Below, in pieces: positions 14,273-31,263 of a stretch of DNA of 64,000 bases; the first letter of the stretch is position 1, and every line of letters starts with the position of its first letter. This DNA is from the human T2T-CHM13v2.0 reference genome, Homo sapiens, in the NCBI RefSeq assembly GCF_009914755.1, contig NC_060935.1; one strand, given 5' to 3'. The position numbers and the translations under genes were made by a program. The notes beneath the pieces are model-generated. The model was given only the letters and a program-made list of their open reading frames with translations, was not told where the DNA came from and did not search any database.

Positions 14273-16089
14273 ACAGATCTCCTCTTTATATGGCTGGGGC
14301 AATTCTGCAACTATGAATGAGCAGTTGGTTCCAGTCACCAAATAGACCTACTTCTTCAGAAATCTTCCAATTTTTGAAGACAGTTTTCTGCACAACATAC
14401 AGAGGCTCTCCGCACAAGCTAGGGCTTCCCCAGGTATTACTTGACTTCGAGGGTCCCCTTCTATTTTACCTTGGAGAGGCCTTTCCTGAGCCCTCTCCGT
14501 AAGGCAGCTGAACCCTCTCCTCACTCTGTTTCCGTGGTATTTTTTTTCTTTTTTATAGAACATCTCACTATTGCTTGTCTGTCTCCACTCCCCCAGAAAA
14601 GTGAAAGGATGCATGTTCCACAGTCAGAGAGCCACCTTGTCCCACCATCGTATCCACATCACTTAGAACATGATGGCCAGAGATGATCAAGACCGAATGA
14701 ATAAGCCACGAGGAAGAGAGAGCTTGAACACAATGGGGATAATAATGAGGCTGGGGGTGGTATGTTGAATCCCAAATCCATGAAAATTTTCTCTAGCCAT
14801 TATCTAAATTTTATTTTTCCAGATATTTCAACTCATTTCCCCCAATATTTTATTATTAAAAATTTCAGACATATAGGAAAGTTGAAAGCATTTCTTTTCA
14901 CATACTCCAGAAAAAAGCCAGTAAGTTGAAAGCTTTTTTACAGTGAACACCTTTATAACCACTATTTAGACTACAGCCTATCATTTACATTTTGCTATAC
15001 TTGTCTTATCACCTACTTAGCTAGATCTGTTCTTCTATCCATCCTTTTATCCATCTTACTTTTTCTTCACGAATTTCTATTCAATCACCTAAAAACACCC
15101 CATTGCATAAACAAAGAAAACAAACAAAAGATAAGGTCACTCTTCAGAGTTATCCTAAGTGCAAGAACAATCAAAGATTTCCAATAGCTGGGTCCCCTAG
15201 AAGCCATGTGCCCCTTGCAAGTTTTCTGAGCACTTTAAATCAGGTCTGAAAAAAATTGTAACAGAACAGACAGAGCCCAGAACAGACAGAGTGTGATTCT
15301 TCCATTGCCTCATTAGTCTCTTGGTTGTTTTCGGCCCAGGAGGAGGGTAGGGGCGGGAGGGGGTAGTTAGGGAGCTCACAGGCCCACCGGGAGATGACAG
15401 TGAAGGATGACCCTCAGCCACGTTTCCAAGGTCACTCTCCTGCAGGCTAGGCCTCTGTGTTGTTGCAGAAATCACTCCTCTCCTGGGTGCACAAGGAAGG
15501 TATAGGGGCTGTGACAGAAGATACATGGAAACGCTCTGCTCTATGGCCCTGACACGAAGCATAGCCTTCCTCTGGACGTTCCTGCATCTGGTCATAACAT
15601 CAGCAGTGACCTTCATAGTCCCTCTGGGTTTATTAATCACATACTCCCAATCCCTACCTCTGCCTTCAAATGGAGACCAACAACATGGCTGTTTTTACTG
15701 AGGTCATGTTTGTTAAATGAGAATCTGCTTTTCCAATTCTGGCGTCAGCACTGCCTGAAAAACTGCCTCTGCTCTTGAAGAAAGTGGGTCAATAACATAA
15801 ATCTATGAACAGTTAAGTTCTGACAGGGGTGGCAAGAGCTAATCTAACAGAACTCTTATGCTTCTAGGTCCAGGAGGACTTGATTGTCAATTCTCAAACA
15901 TCTGAGTTCTGTAACAACTTACTCAGCTTCCCTTAACATCAAAGTTCCTATTCTATCTTGGTCCATATTTAGAATCTGATGAAGGGTAATAGAGCAGGAA
16001 AAAACAAAGTACACATCAACACAGCATTTTGCAATTAATTTCAGGAGTTCGCCATGGCACATCTAGAAAGTCTCTAAGTCCCAACAGCC

Positions 16090-16305
16090 ATGGTTAATGC
16101 TAATGTCGTGCTTACTATGCACTGGGCACTGTGCTAAGTGCTTGACCTACATTGTTTTATTTTATCTCATGAAAACTCAATTATCATTATCCCATTCTCA
16201 AAGGTAGAAAATGAGGCTTAGAGAGGCCAAGCAATTTGCCTCCTAAAGCTATACTACTTGTAAGCAGCAGAGTTGGAATTTACCCATGCCTGACTCCAGG
16301 ACCGT
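16090..16305 (-). mobile_element. MIR
   Basis: CTTACTATGCACTGGGCACTGTGCTAAGTGCTT...GAGGCTTAGAGAGG...CTGACTCCAG. Confidence 0.75.
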
Positions 16306-17282
16306 AAGGAGGAAACTAATGGCATTTCTCATGAGCCCACAAACCCACTCTGCTCAGGCCATAACTTGAAGCTACCCTGACCCCAAGTCTTCCTTCCCAT
16401 CCAAATGGCTTCTTCTGGAGTTCAGAGGCAATGCATGAGACACCCTCCGAGGCAGGCTGGACAGAGTGGGTCTTGCCCTCAGCACAAGACCCTCAGACCA
16501 GAACAAAGGAGGCCTGGGGACAGGTAACCAAATCCTGAGAGATGATAAAAACACACCCTCTAGGCAACCAGTATCCCAGAAACAACCAGCTCCTGGGACT
16601 AATCAGATGTGTGTTGGTTGACCCACACAGCCTTTTTAAGGTTTATATTTGAGTAACTTTTAGGCAAGGCCTGTAACTAACTATAGTCCTCACTCTCCCC
16701 AGTTGTCTTCTACAATTTCCAATTATTTCACCTCCAACAGCTTCTTTAAAACAAATTAACATAGATAAATGACCTAGTCCCTGAAGACATTTGAAAGGGA
16801 TTCCTAAATTGCAGCAAATCAGTTCTATTGGCCTTAGGATGGATTTTGGATGTGGAAAAAAATCATGAGATGAAACCGAAATAATCAAATGGTGAAGTAC
16901 AGAAGAAACAGAACTACAGCAAGTGTCTTTCTAGATTACATTTGTATCAAAGTAGCTATCTTCCCTTGCACGATCCCATGAATAATTTGCATTTTCAAGA
17001 CTGTACCTGGACTTAAGGTTTACATTGTGGCCACGGAGCAGAGAAGGCCAAAAGTTTCTTTTGCCAAGATTGTATCTAATTCCTCCCTGACCTCAGCAGT
17101 CCATGCCAATCCCAGTAACCCCAGGAAAATACTTGGTAAACTTTAAATGTGTGGTTCTTCTCTGTAATAGGTGATAGTAATCGAAGATAGCAGATTGTTT
17201 AAGAAGCTCATTAACCACATATGGCAGATATGAAAATCATCTAGACATCAAGGGCAGGATGCCTTCAAGAAAAACCAGAGTG

Positions 17283-17440
17283 CCAAGTGCTGTGGCTCAC
17301 ACCTGTAAATCCCAGCACTTCAGGAAGCTGAGGTGGGAGGATTGCCTGAGGCCAGGAGTTCAAGACCAGCCTGGGCAATATAGCAAGATCCTCGTCTCTA
17401 TAAAAAATGAAAAAAGAAAAAGAAAGAAAGAAAGAAAGAA
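17283..17440 (+). mobile_element. Alu monomer (FLAM_C-like) with (GAAA)n tail
   Basis: Left-arm Alu sequence. Confidence 0.85.
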
Positions 17441-18205
17441 AAACCAGAGGCAGAAACACCATGGAACAAAAGAAAAGTGTGTGCTGCAGAGGAGAGAATC
17501 ATTTTGTCTTGAACACGGATGGATAAGTGTCTCCAGGAATTCCACAGACAGGCCTAATAGCTAAAATTACCAGCTTAAACTATTTCTCATGTTCATTCTC
17601 TGAAGTGCTATAAATGGAAACAGTTATAAATTTTTTTCCCAATAAAGTGTTCACATTCTTCTTTCTGAGACACAAGAGACTAACATTCATTTAAGACCAA
17701 CTGAGGAAAAACAGCATTTTACAGCCACTGTGCAAATCTGAAAGCCTTCATCTGCCAGTGGAAACAGAGCAAGTGGCTCCCAGCCTTCCCAGGCTCCCTG
17801 CACATATGGGGGAATGGGGTTTGTCATTATGTGTGAATATCAATGAGCTTCAGATCTAAGTCAATGCCACAGCAATCCCCAAGGAAACTGGCTAAGTATT
17901 CATAACAGCCTGATAACTTTGGGAATTAAGAGGACAATAGTCTCTTTTTCTAATTGGATCAGAATCAGCTTTGATGTCTTCATCCCAAGTGGACCAGTTT
18001 TTGCTTCCCAGCCAGCCTCTCCCACTGGGATGAAGGGGTCTGTAAGCACATTCCCAATGTGGAGGAGGGAAAGCTGAAGACCCCTCCATCAGCAGAACAC
18101 ATGGGCTGTAAAACTGGCAATTCTAGTTTCCAAGATCACAGAGTAGAACAGAGATGGCACAGTGTTCTTCGGAGTGGGGCACAGGACTGAAAACTATCCT
18201 TCTAA

Positions 18206-18593
<388 letters not shown>

Positions 18594-20043
18594 TAAAGAA
18601 ACATCCTTGCTTGTAGCTAATAAGAGGTTTTTTTTTTTGGCTTTTAGAGTGACTTACACCAATAATACAAAGGTATCATTTAAACGAAGGCACTAGGAAC
18701 CTGAATGCAACTGATTTACACATTTAAAACATAAGCCATATATACTAATTTGCCAAGTTGCGACCCTAGCCCATATATTTTTGAAATCTACCAAATTAGG
18801 GAAGGGAGGAGCAAATCTAAATAGACCTTAAGTCAAGCATATAGTGTATTTCATTCTGCTTGAGACATTGGCCTAAGTCCCCTGGATCCAAGGCTAAATT
18901 CCTTCTGTTCATCCTATACCCTGCTCCCTCCCCAGTAATGAGGGAAGGAAAAGCCGCAGTGTTCTCTGAGAGGACTGGGAGTGATTTAGCAAAGACTCAC
19001 TTGGAAACTTCTAAAACAGCTGCAGAAGCTACATGCCTTATGGCACAAAGATGATCTTTCCTACTTTGCAAAGTGTTAAGATGTTGGCCTTGGCCTGAAA
19101 ACAGCTAGTTTTCCTCGGGTTCTTTTAGTCATGGTCTGTGAAGATGGCAGCCTTCACAGACCATGTGAAGGCTGGCCAGGACCACTGGTCTCTACTGTGG
19201 TCCGAATCCAGTCAGTCATCTTGCCTTTGCCTACTGGTTTGTCCATGTAACAAATACTTATGAAATACTTCTTATGTGGCAAGGTACTTAGTTGATATGA
19301 AACAGACCAAAGTCCTGCCTTAAGGACCTTATATTCTAGTGGGTGGAAGACGGACAATAAGAAAATACAGGTATGGCAGATAGCAGTTGTTGATAGGAAG
19401 AAAAGTCAAGCCAGGAAAGCGAATGGAGAGGGACAGGGGAGTGGAGCTCCCTCATAGGGAGGTCAGGGAGGGCTGCTTGGAGGAGGTGGCAATGAAGCAG
19501 AGACTTGCACTAAGTCAGGGAGCCTGTGATGGGGCCACTGGGTGAAGATAACAGCAGGTACAAACCCCCAGAGGGTGGTAATAAAGGAGTCACTGAGGAA
19601 GGTAGGGGCCAAATCACAAATGACTTGGTCCACTGTGGAAGGGCCTTGGATTTTATTCTAAGTTTAACAAACCAGTGGCATGGTAAGAGTTGAACTTTTA
19701 AAACCTGGCTCTGGTTTTGAGGAGCAAGAGTGGGGTCAAGGAGACAGGTTAGGAGGTCATGGATGCAGTGGAAGAGTGAGGGCTGTGCCTCAGACTAGAG
19801 CAACAGCAGTGGAAACAGTGTTTTTTGAGGGCAGAGTTGACAGGCTGGCTCACAGACTGGGTATGGTGTGTGAGAAAGAAGAATCGAGGATAGCTGCTAG
19901 GTTTTCAGCAGAGTAACTATAAATCATGCCATTTACTGATGTCGAGGGGGGGCCCAGGGAGAGAAGCAGGGGAGGTGAGACTAGGACTGCAGTTCTGGGC
20001 AGGGGACACCTGATGGGACACGAGGAGGCTGGAGGAGAGTTGG

Positions 20044-20084
20044 GGCTGAGGGCAGCGTCCTGGCTGAGGGCAGCGTCCTGGCTG
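20044..20084 (+). repeat. Perfect 18-bp tandem duplication
   Basis: GGCTGAGGGCAGCGTCCT x2 followed by GGCTG. Confidence 0.95.
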
Positions 20085-20263
20085 GTAGTACTTGCGAAGT
20101 GACTCTCAGAGCCAGATGGGGTCACCTAGGGAACTGGAGCAGATGAAGAAGAGGCCCCAGGGTGGAGAGGCCCAAGGGTGGGCCTAGAGAGCTCTCTCAA
20201 CCCTCAGGAGAAGGAATAATTCTCAAAAGGGGCTGAGAAGGAGAAGCCATTGAGGAAAGATGA

Positions 20264-20675
<412 letters not shown>

Positions 20676-20783
20676 TAACACTTGGGAATCTGGGTAAATG
20701 AAGTATGAAAATTCTTTGTTCTAGTCTTGCAACATTCTATACATCTGAAAATTATGTCAAAATAAATGTTAAAAGAACAAAAT

Positions 20784-21060
20784 GGTAGGGTACAGTGGCT
20801 CAAGGCTTTAAGTGAGGCAAAGGCAGGCAGATCCCTTGAGCCCAGGAGTTAGAGATCAGCCTGGGTAATATGGCAAAACCTCATCTCTACAAAAAATTTA
20901 AAAAGTTAGCCAGGAGTGGTGGAGGGCCATAGTCCCACCCACTCAGGAGGCTGAGGTGGGATGGTGGCTTGAGCCTGGGGTCATTGAGGCTGCAGTGAAC
21001 AGTGATTGTGCCACTGCACTCCAGCTTGGGCAACAGAGCGAGACGCTGTCAAAAAGAAAA
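20784..21060 (+). mobile_element. AluJ-type
   Basis: GAGCCCAGGAGTT and GAGGCTGCAGTGA J-type features. Confidence 0.85.
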
Positions 21061-21314
21061 GAGAGAGATCAAGAAAGAAGTGACAATGGGCCTTTGAGTC
21101 TGACAATACACAACTTGTTGATACCATATGAAGAGTGATTTCAAAGGAGCAGTGGAGATGAGACCTTGATTGTTGCTGATGGGAGAGAATCAGTGGGAAA
21201 ATGATGGTGCTGACTACGGCCAATGCTTCCCAGGAGTATCGCTATGAGTTAGAAGACGGAAATTGAAAGACAATGTGCATGAGGCCAGGTGAAAAGACTT
21301 TTGAAGATGGTTCT

Positions 21315-21925
<611 letters not shown>

Positions 21926-22345
21926 TATTGTTATATAAGATAGCATATTTGTTGCTGATGAGAATGATCCAGCAGAGAGGGGAGAAGTACAGGAGCAATG
22001 ATCTTACACAGGCTAGAGGTCGTGGGACCCTAACGTACAAGTTGGGGGTTGGCCACAGGCAGGAGGAGGAACGAGTCCCTGCTGGAGGGCTGACAGGGTA
22101 TATGGAGACAGATGCAGGAAGAGTGCTCTGTTTGGGAAAGGTAATATAAGGAAATTCTTCTGATTGCTTCTGTAATATATTTTCAGTGATATGTAAAACA
22201 AAGTCAGTAGTTGAATGTGAAGGGATGGCAGGCTTTTAAGGTTTCAGAGAGGAGAGGTGTGGGAAAATAGAGTGAGCTGGCTAGGGAATGAATGGGATGG
22301 TCAGGCTAAGCAGAAAGCTCTCTTATGTGACTGTGACCATGACCA

Positions 22346-22682
22346 TGCCTTAGTCAGCCCAGGCTGCTATAACCAGTGTCCCAGACTGGAGAGTTTATAA
22401 ACAACAGAAGTTTATTTCTCACCACTCTGGAGGCTGAAAGTCTGAGATCAGGGTGCCAGCATGGCTGGGTTCTGGTGAGGGCCCTCTTCTGGGTTGCAGA
22501 CTGCCAACATCTCACTGTGTCCTCACATGGCAGAAAGAGAGCTAAAGAGCTACCTGGGGTCCCTTTTATAAGGGCACTAATCCCATTCATAAGAGCTCCA
22601 CCCTCATGACCTAATCACTTCCAAAGGTCCTATCTCCAAACACCATCACATTGGGGGTGATATAAGCATTCAGTCCATAACA
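22346..22682 (-). mobile_element. MaLR LTR (MLT1A-like)
   Basis: TGCCTTAGTC...TTTATAAACAACAGAAGTTTATT...CCCTCATGACCTAATCAC...CATTCAGTCCATAACA. Confidence 0.85.
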
Positions 22683-22707
22683 GGCTAAAAACTGAAAGTG
22701 AATTCAT

Positions 22708-22875
22708 AGTTGGGCATGGTGATGTGCACCTGTAGTCCCAGCTACTTAGGAGGCTAAGGCGGGAGTATTGCTGGAACCCAGAAGATCAAGGCAGCAGGAA
22801 GCTATGATCATGCCACTGTACTCCAGCCTGGGTGACAGAGCAATACCTTGTCTCTAAAGAAGTAAATAAAAATAA
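22708..22875 (+). mobile_element. Alu right monomer (FRAM/AluJ)
   Basis: Right-arm Alu sequence with A-rich tail. Confidence 0.8.
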
Positions 22876-24192
22876 AGTGAATCCAATCAGCATGGTGTGT
22901 GCGTATTCTTCAACCACATTGAGCTCCCTTGATGCCAGCAGGGAGAGGGCAGAGTTGGGTTTAACCAGGGTTAGGATTTTCCAGAAAGGGTGAAAGAGGA
23001 TGAAAGGCAAGGCAGTGTGATGGGGCATAAAATCTAAGGAGGGGAGGGAGACAAGGAGGAGGGTGGGAGAGTTCATGGACAGTGGAAGATCCTACTAGAG
23101 TGTTAGGACCAAGAAAATTAAGCTGGAAAGATGGGAATGGTAGTCAGAGAAAAGGAAGTTTAATAAGATAATTTCAGAGATGATGCAGTTACTGGTCATA
23201 AGGCCCAAGGTATAACCCTGAGGGCAGGTAGCTGAAGTCAGATAAAGGACAGGACCATTGGAAGTGAGTAGGTCAAGGAATCACAAGGCCAGTGTGCCCT
23301 GTGGATGTTGACATTGCCAAGAATGAGGTGGGAGTTGTGCAAAGCAAGGCAGTGAGGCAGAGGCCAGCATCTTCCAGGAAGGGGCAGAGACAGGAATCTC
23401 AGAACTGCACACCACTGAAATAAGGAGAGACAGCAGGTGGCATAATCTGAAATGCTGTACGCTTCAAAAAAACTATTTCTTTTAAAGGAGTAAACAGAGA
23501 AATGGTCTGGAAATGGCAATAAGGAGGATCCTGACTCATATCTAGACATTGCAGAAATAAATCGCCACAGTTGGAGAAGGCTGTAGGGACAGTGATGTCC
23601 TCCAGGCTTCAGTTATGGCAGGATGAAGAAGAAAATGTTTTGGTTTAAAAAGGCCCAACTTCTGCACAGCTCTGACCTGTGACTTGCTCAAAGACCTAGA
23701 GAAATTTACCACCTATCCTATTCATGAGTTTTAAGATGACTTTCAACAAGTGAGGCTTTTATTTATACATACAGTGTAGCCAGAAAAGGACTTACCATGC
23801 AAAGAAAACACCTTTTAAAAGTATTTCACAAGGAAATCTAGATTTAGTCTTGGCACTTTCTGTACGTATTCATTTTATATCCCCACTTCCTAGCCTGGTA
23901 CCCGGCACACAGTAGGTGTTCCACGGATTTATGAATGATTTGCTTTTCCTTAAAGGTCCCCTGCTTCTCTTTAGTCTTTGTACCTAGAGCTTGCTCTCTC
24001 TCTCTCCAGTCTTCTCAACTACATATTTTTTAAGAGGTTAACTTAAAGAATGCCAGCCAAATTCTGGTGAACTGTTTCTAAGGTGCTTTCGCATAGAATA
24101 TCCGGAAACAAAAACATACCCCTACTGGAGAATTTCCAAGCTGGATATAACCAGACAATCTACCCAATTTTTATCATCTTGCTCAGACTCAG

Positions 24193-24880
<688 letters not shown>

Positions 24881-25151
24881 CTCAGAGAAACCAAACTGAC
24901 TTGCCCAAGATCTCACTTGGTGAGTATGAAATGGAACCAGACCCAGGACTCTTGGCTATCAACTACTCCAATACACACCACAGAATACATATCCACATTT
25001 CATTGCCAATTACCAACCAGACTCAATCATTCATGGCATAGCCTTAGCATAAAACTAAGGCCTTAATTTCTAATTTCAAAATGCAAAAAAGTTATAGAAA
25101 GAAACCTGGGGTAGGGGTGAGGAATGATCTTGTTTCTTTTTTTTTTTTTAA

Positions 25152-25582
<431 letters not shown>

Positions 25583-26539
25583 TGAACAACTGGGCCTGCA
25601 TAGATGTTTAAATTAATAAAGATCCCTTATCTAATTTCATTCTTGGTACTTCCTCACCCTCTTTCAAATTCCAGCCCTTGAACAGTTTGAATGATTGAAG
25701 ACACAGCTTAAGGTTGCATAGGAGCTTTTCAGGGACGTCTGCATTAATCCTCTGCTCCATGCAATGTAGAAAACATTAAGTAAAATTGTCTGAAGTTAAA
25801 ATATGTACTTAATTCCCACTACAGGGAACGGATCTTTTTAGCAGATGTTTTTCTGGAATGGCTGGTGATTGTAAAATAGGAAGAACTAAAAGAATCAAAG
25901 TCAAAGTAGGTAAAAAGGATAGACTGGGCAGGGGTTTGGACTGGGGGGCAGGAATGGCATATCAATTAAATTTCCAGACTGTTGCTTATGAAAAATAAGC
26001 TGTCTTCGGATCATTTCTAGGACACGGCTATACACGATGGTCATGGACCAAAGAAAATGAAATCCAAATTGATGGTTTTTTTTAAAAAAATAATCATTTA
26101 AGCAAGACGTTCCTCTGATGTTTAAGCCAAGATCTCCAAGGGTATCAGGTTCCCTTATTTGGAGGAGCTGCGTGTTTGGAAAGCCACGGTAGTATACTCC
26201 TCCCAGAAAACAATGAAGGCAGTTGTTTGCAAAGCCCAAGGAGGCTGCAGGCTGCTGGAGGTGGCAGCTCGGCCCATCCTGCTCCATTAGGAGCCTGCCA
26301 GCCCACCACTCCTGATGGGACATTTTAAACCAGCACATGAACCCTCACTGAAACCTTCAGGAGGACGGACTTTTTCATTTGCTAACTGGCTTTTCTTTTC
26401 CCAGGCTCAACTGACAGCAACTACTCTCGGGGCCCTCATAGCCAAGGCATTTGGAGTTTGCTCATCTGGGGCTCCCAATCTGCACTCCTCTTACATTAGA
26501 AATAAGAGGGCTACAAAGCCAGAAGCAGCGGGTGAGCCG

Positions 26540-26760
26540 GAAAGGAGCAGAGTGTTGCCTGGGCTGGCAGCCTTGCTCCACCACTTAGCAGCTCTCAGAA
26601 TGGGTCAGCTACTTCACCTCTTTGTGCTCCAGTTTCATCTCCGTAAAATGGGAATAACACTGCTGCCTCCTTCATAAAGGCACACAGAGGACTGAATGAG
26701 TCAAGAATAAAGTAGTTAGCACAGTGCCTGGCACAGAGTCAGAGCTCTCTGCCTCCTACG
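26540..26760 (+). mobile_element. MIR
   Basis: CTCCACCACTTAGCAGCT...CAGTTTCATCTCCGTAAAATGGG...AGCACAGTGCCTGGCACA. Confidence 0.8.
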
Positions 26761-26959
26761 CTTGGTGGGGGGAAGATGAGGGGTGGGAATACCTTCAAGG
26801 TGAGGAAGGGTTCTCTTTTATGGCTCTTAAGAATATATTGTTTTCTTTAGAGGAGCTATTTTACAGCCCGCTGAATCTAACTGCCATGCTAGCTCAGCAT
26901 GAATACCCTCCATTAAGAATCTTGTCACACCCTTGCTTCACAAGTTGTGGAAACCCAAA

Positions 26960-27500
26960 TCAGACTGCATTCAGCGTTGGGTAGTGGGAGACGTACTGAA
27001 GGCCTTTCAATTTCCAAAGCCATGATCAGAATGAAATGTTCTTGCATCAGGCGTTTCACATTTTAGAATTCAATTACAAAACCCTACCATTTAGCTTGTT
27101 AGGCTGGCTGCTCCACCCCAGAAAGAGTGACAAAAGACAATCTATAGAGCCAGGCTGCAAGTTCCAGTGCTATAAATCACTGGTTATCGGATGGAGTGGA
27201 ACTCATTAATATAAACGAGAAGCCTGAAAGGCACCCATTAGCATGTTATTAATTTGTTTGACGATCTACAGCATGGCAAGAGCTAAAATAGTTAGGCTGG
27301 GCAATACTACATCTCACACAGAAGAATAATCTGGTCCCATTAATTTTTGTCTTAGGCTTGCCAAATGTAATTGGGCATAATCAGAGCTCATACATCTCAT
27401 AGCGTTTTCATCTTCTGTTCTTTTAAAAAAAGAAAACTGGGGGGTGGGGGAGGTGCTCGAAGTCTTGGTACGCAATAAAGATAACCAATGAGAAGGGGTT
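26960..27500. promoter_or_regulatory. Candidate homeodomain-rich enhancer
   Basis: Repeat-free stretch with ATAAATCA (PBX-HOX), ATTAGCAT and multiple TAAT cores. Motif evidence only. Confidence 0.35.
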
Positions 27501-28425
27501 TTAGGTTGGAGCAACCCACTAAGGACTGTAAATGCTTCCCCTTTTGTTTTCCTTCCTTTGCTCTGCATTTTGGATTTGTTTTTCATGAAATGAAAGTGAA
27601 TCATAAACTACTTTCCAGTTGGGTTAACCTTACTTATACATCCATCCACCCAATTTACTGGGGGGCTGGTGTGGAGGGCAGAGGAGGATCCATCTAGTTC
27701 CCGTGGGTAGATATAATTGTCTTTAATCTTTGCCATTAATGAGGAGGCTGGGGGAAGCAGAGGATAAGAAGCTTTATCAACATCTTTGTGGTCTCATGTC
27801 TCTCTGTCCGATTGCCAGATATTTCTGTGGCTGGTTAGCCTTCCAGCCCCAAAGCTGTTAGAGAAAATGGAATTTCAGCCTTGAAGGCCTCTGACAGCAT
27901 CTTGGTCCACCTGGGTCACTTGCAGTTAGGAAGGAAGTCAGAGAAGGGAGCTGCCCACATGCTTCTAAACAGTGCTTCCTTCTTTCCCGTAGTTAGTGTT
28001 TTTCAAAGAACATCATCTTGCCATTAAATGAATTTAAAAAAAAATTGTGTTTTCAGGTCCTGGGATAGCAGATAAGGCCCTGTGTACTTGAACTAGATAT
28101 TTCGAATGATCACTTGACTATAAACAAGATTTTAAAAAAATCTAAATCGATGAATATGTAATTTTCCTGCCAAACAAAAAGCTAGCATAAACAATGAGCT
28201 TACATAAATTGGGGCAATCAGATCCACCAACAAAGCATGAAGGCCTAGCCTCAACACTGAAAGAAGAGAATAGATAAATGCTGTTGAATTTTGTTCTCTG
28301 AATAACACATTTTAGCATTTCCCTCTGCCTGTGACCCAGAGATGGATCCACCTTTGAGTATTCAAAACTTCAGTTTCCTCTTGCTACGGGAGGCTTAACA
28401 TAATAAAACATTTAAACATAATATA

Positions 28426-28722
28426 GGCCAGACGCAGCAGCTCATGCCTGTAATCCCAACACCTTAGGATGCCAAGGCGGGAGGATGGCTTGAGCCCAAG
28501 AGTTTGAGACCAGCCTGGGCAATTATTGGATGAAACTACATCTCTACAGAAAATACAAAAATTAGCTGGGTGTGGTGGTGTATGCCTGTGGTCCTAGCTA
28601 CTTTCCAGCCTAAAGCAAAAGGATCGCTTGTGCCCAGAGGTTTAGGCTGCAGTGAGGCCAAGATGGTGCCACTGCACTCTAGCCTGGGCAACAGAGTGAG
28701 ACCCTGTGTCAAAAAAAATAAA
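28426..28722 (+). mobile_element. AluJ-type
   Basis: Diverged full dimer; AAACATAATA flanks. Confidence 0.88.
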
Positions 28723-30316
28723 CATCACAAACATAATACATGTCAGGGTATGACATTTGGCAAATATTAGAAAATACATAGAAGATAAAAATCACGTGTG
28801 TGTACACCCCCAAGATAATCACTAGGTAACACTTTGGTGTATTTCTACACCTCACGTATGTGTATGCTTTTACAGAACTGGACCACAGTACAGCTACAGT
28901 TTCTTGTCTCCACCCTCTTCCCCACCACAACTGGATATTTCATGAGTATTTTCCTATGCTATTACATTTCCTTCAAAGATGTAATGTTTAATGAGGGCTG
29001 CATACATTTCACCATATCCAAGTGCTATGATTTATTTAACCATTCTCAGATGATATGTAGACAGGATTTTAATCTTTCCCTAGCATTGCTACTAAAATTA
29101 AACTCTTACCTCTTCCTATCTGAAATCCATGACTGGTCAGATTCAAATTCATCAAGGAATACTCTACTTGGGAAACTTGAGAGCAGGAATTCTTGCCCTG
29201 AGCCTCTGGTATGAGAAGGCCTGCTCATTCCCCAGACCACAGAGGGGCTCAGGCTGCAGCCAGAAACACTGCCAAGACCTGAAATCAAGGGTTGACCTGG
29301 GCCTGCTATTTCTCTCAACAGTTTGTTGGTCATTGAGGCTGTGGCCCTTGAATGAGTCAGTGTTTGTGGCTTTAAAAAATACCTCAAGGGCAGCAAGCAA
29401 AAAAAGATGTTCCTGTGATCAGCTAAGGCTAAGGAGCCTCACTCCCTCCAGACCACAACCTCTTTAGCGCTTGCGAGGGGTAGTAGGCTTAGGTGACATA
29501 ATCAAAGGCCCAGTCAGAAGGGAAGCTGGGGCATTCCTAGCAGTTTAGTTCATTACCCAGATTCACCAGGGGATTGGGAGCTACTCAGGAGTCTGGGGCT
29601 GCAAAGTCCCCAGTTATAAATGGGAACCTCTATCTAGGGTAGTTGGTGCTTCACTGGGAGGGCAGCGTTAAGATAAGGACCTGATAAGACACCTCCAGCC
29701 CAATTTCCTGGCTCTGGCAGATTGATTCCTGATGGCTTTCCTTCTCAACATTCCTGTCTTCAGGCCTTTGATTTTAGGCAGAGGCCACAGAACACTTTCT
29801 CAGGTAGGAACCAAATAGACCACACAATTAGCATCTCCCACTTGCCACGGTGCTGTTGGATTTATGGTACTTAGGAAGATGGCAGTAGTCAGCTCACTTC
29901 ATTGGTCAAGAGACAGAGCCACAGTAAGGCTAGGAAGAAATATAAAGGTCACTTCCTGTGCTGAGCACTTCCTAGAGCAGCCACAGGCCAGCCCACCAAC
30001 TACTGGCTGCAATTCTGGACCACTCCATCGCACAGCCTACAAATGTTTTCTAACTGTCTTCCGTTTTTATTAACCAGTCAAGCATGTTTTACTTTACACT
30101 CTGATAAGAGGATCAGAAACAGCTTTCCCACATCTAAGGCACTCTTAATCAATTGCAAGGAATACAAGAGCAGCATCACGTAGAGGTTTCCACCCACAGG
30201 AGGAAGAAATCCAATTTTTCTTTCTTTAACTGCCAATTCTAATGCACACTTTTTACCCTTTATAGGTTAGCCACACTTTGAATGCATTTAACTTAAATGA
30301 AAAAAAATAGTAATAA

Positions 30317-30986
<670 letters not shown>

Positions 30987-30990
30987 TATT

Positions 30991-31136
30991 CTTTTTGTCT
31001 TTATTTTTTCTTTTTATGGAGAACAGGATCTCACTATATTGCCCAGGCAGGCCTTGAACTCCTGAGCTCAAGCTATTCTCCGGCCTCTGCCTCCCTAAGG
31101 GCTGGGATTACAGGTGTAAGCCATTGCACCTGGCAG
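30991..31136 (-). mobile_element. Alu monomer (FLAM-like)
   Basis: TSD TTATTGTATT at 30981-30990 and 31137-31146. Confidence 0.85.
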
Positions 31137-31263
31137 TTATTGTATTAAAGTAATTATGTGCCAATACTGTCACAAGTGCTTCCTACAAATGAATGGATTT
31201 AATCTTCCTAATAACCCATGAGGTAAGTATCATTCACATTTCACAGATGAAAACAGACACAGA

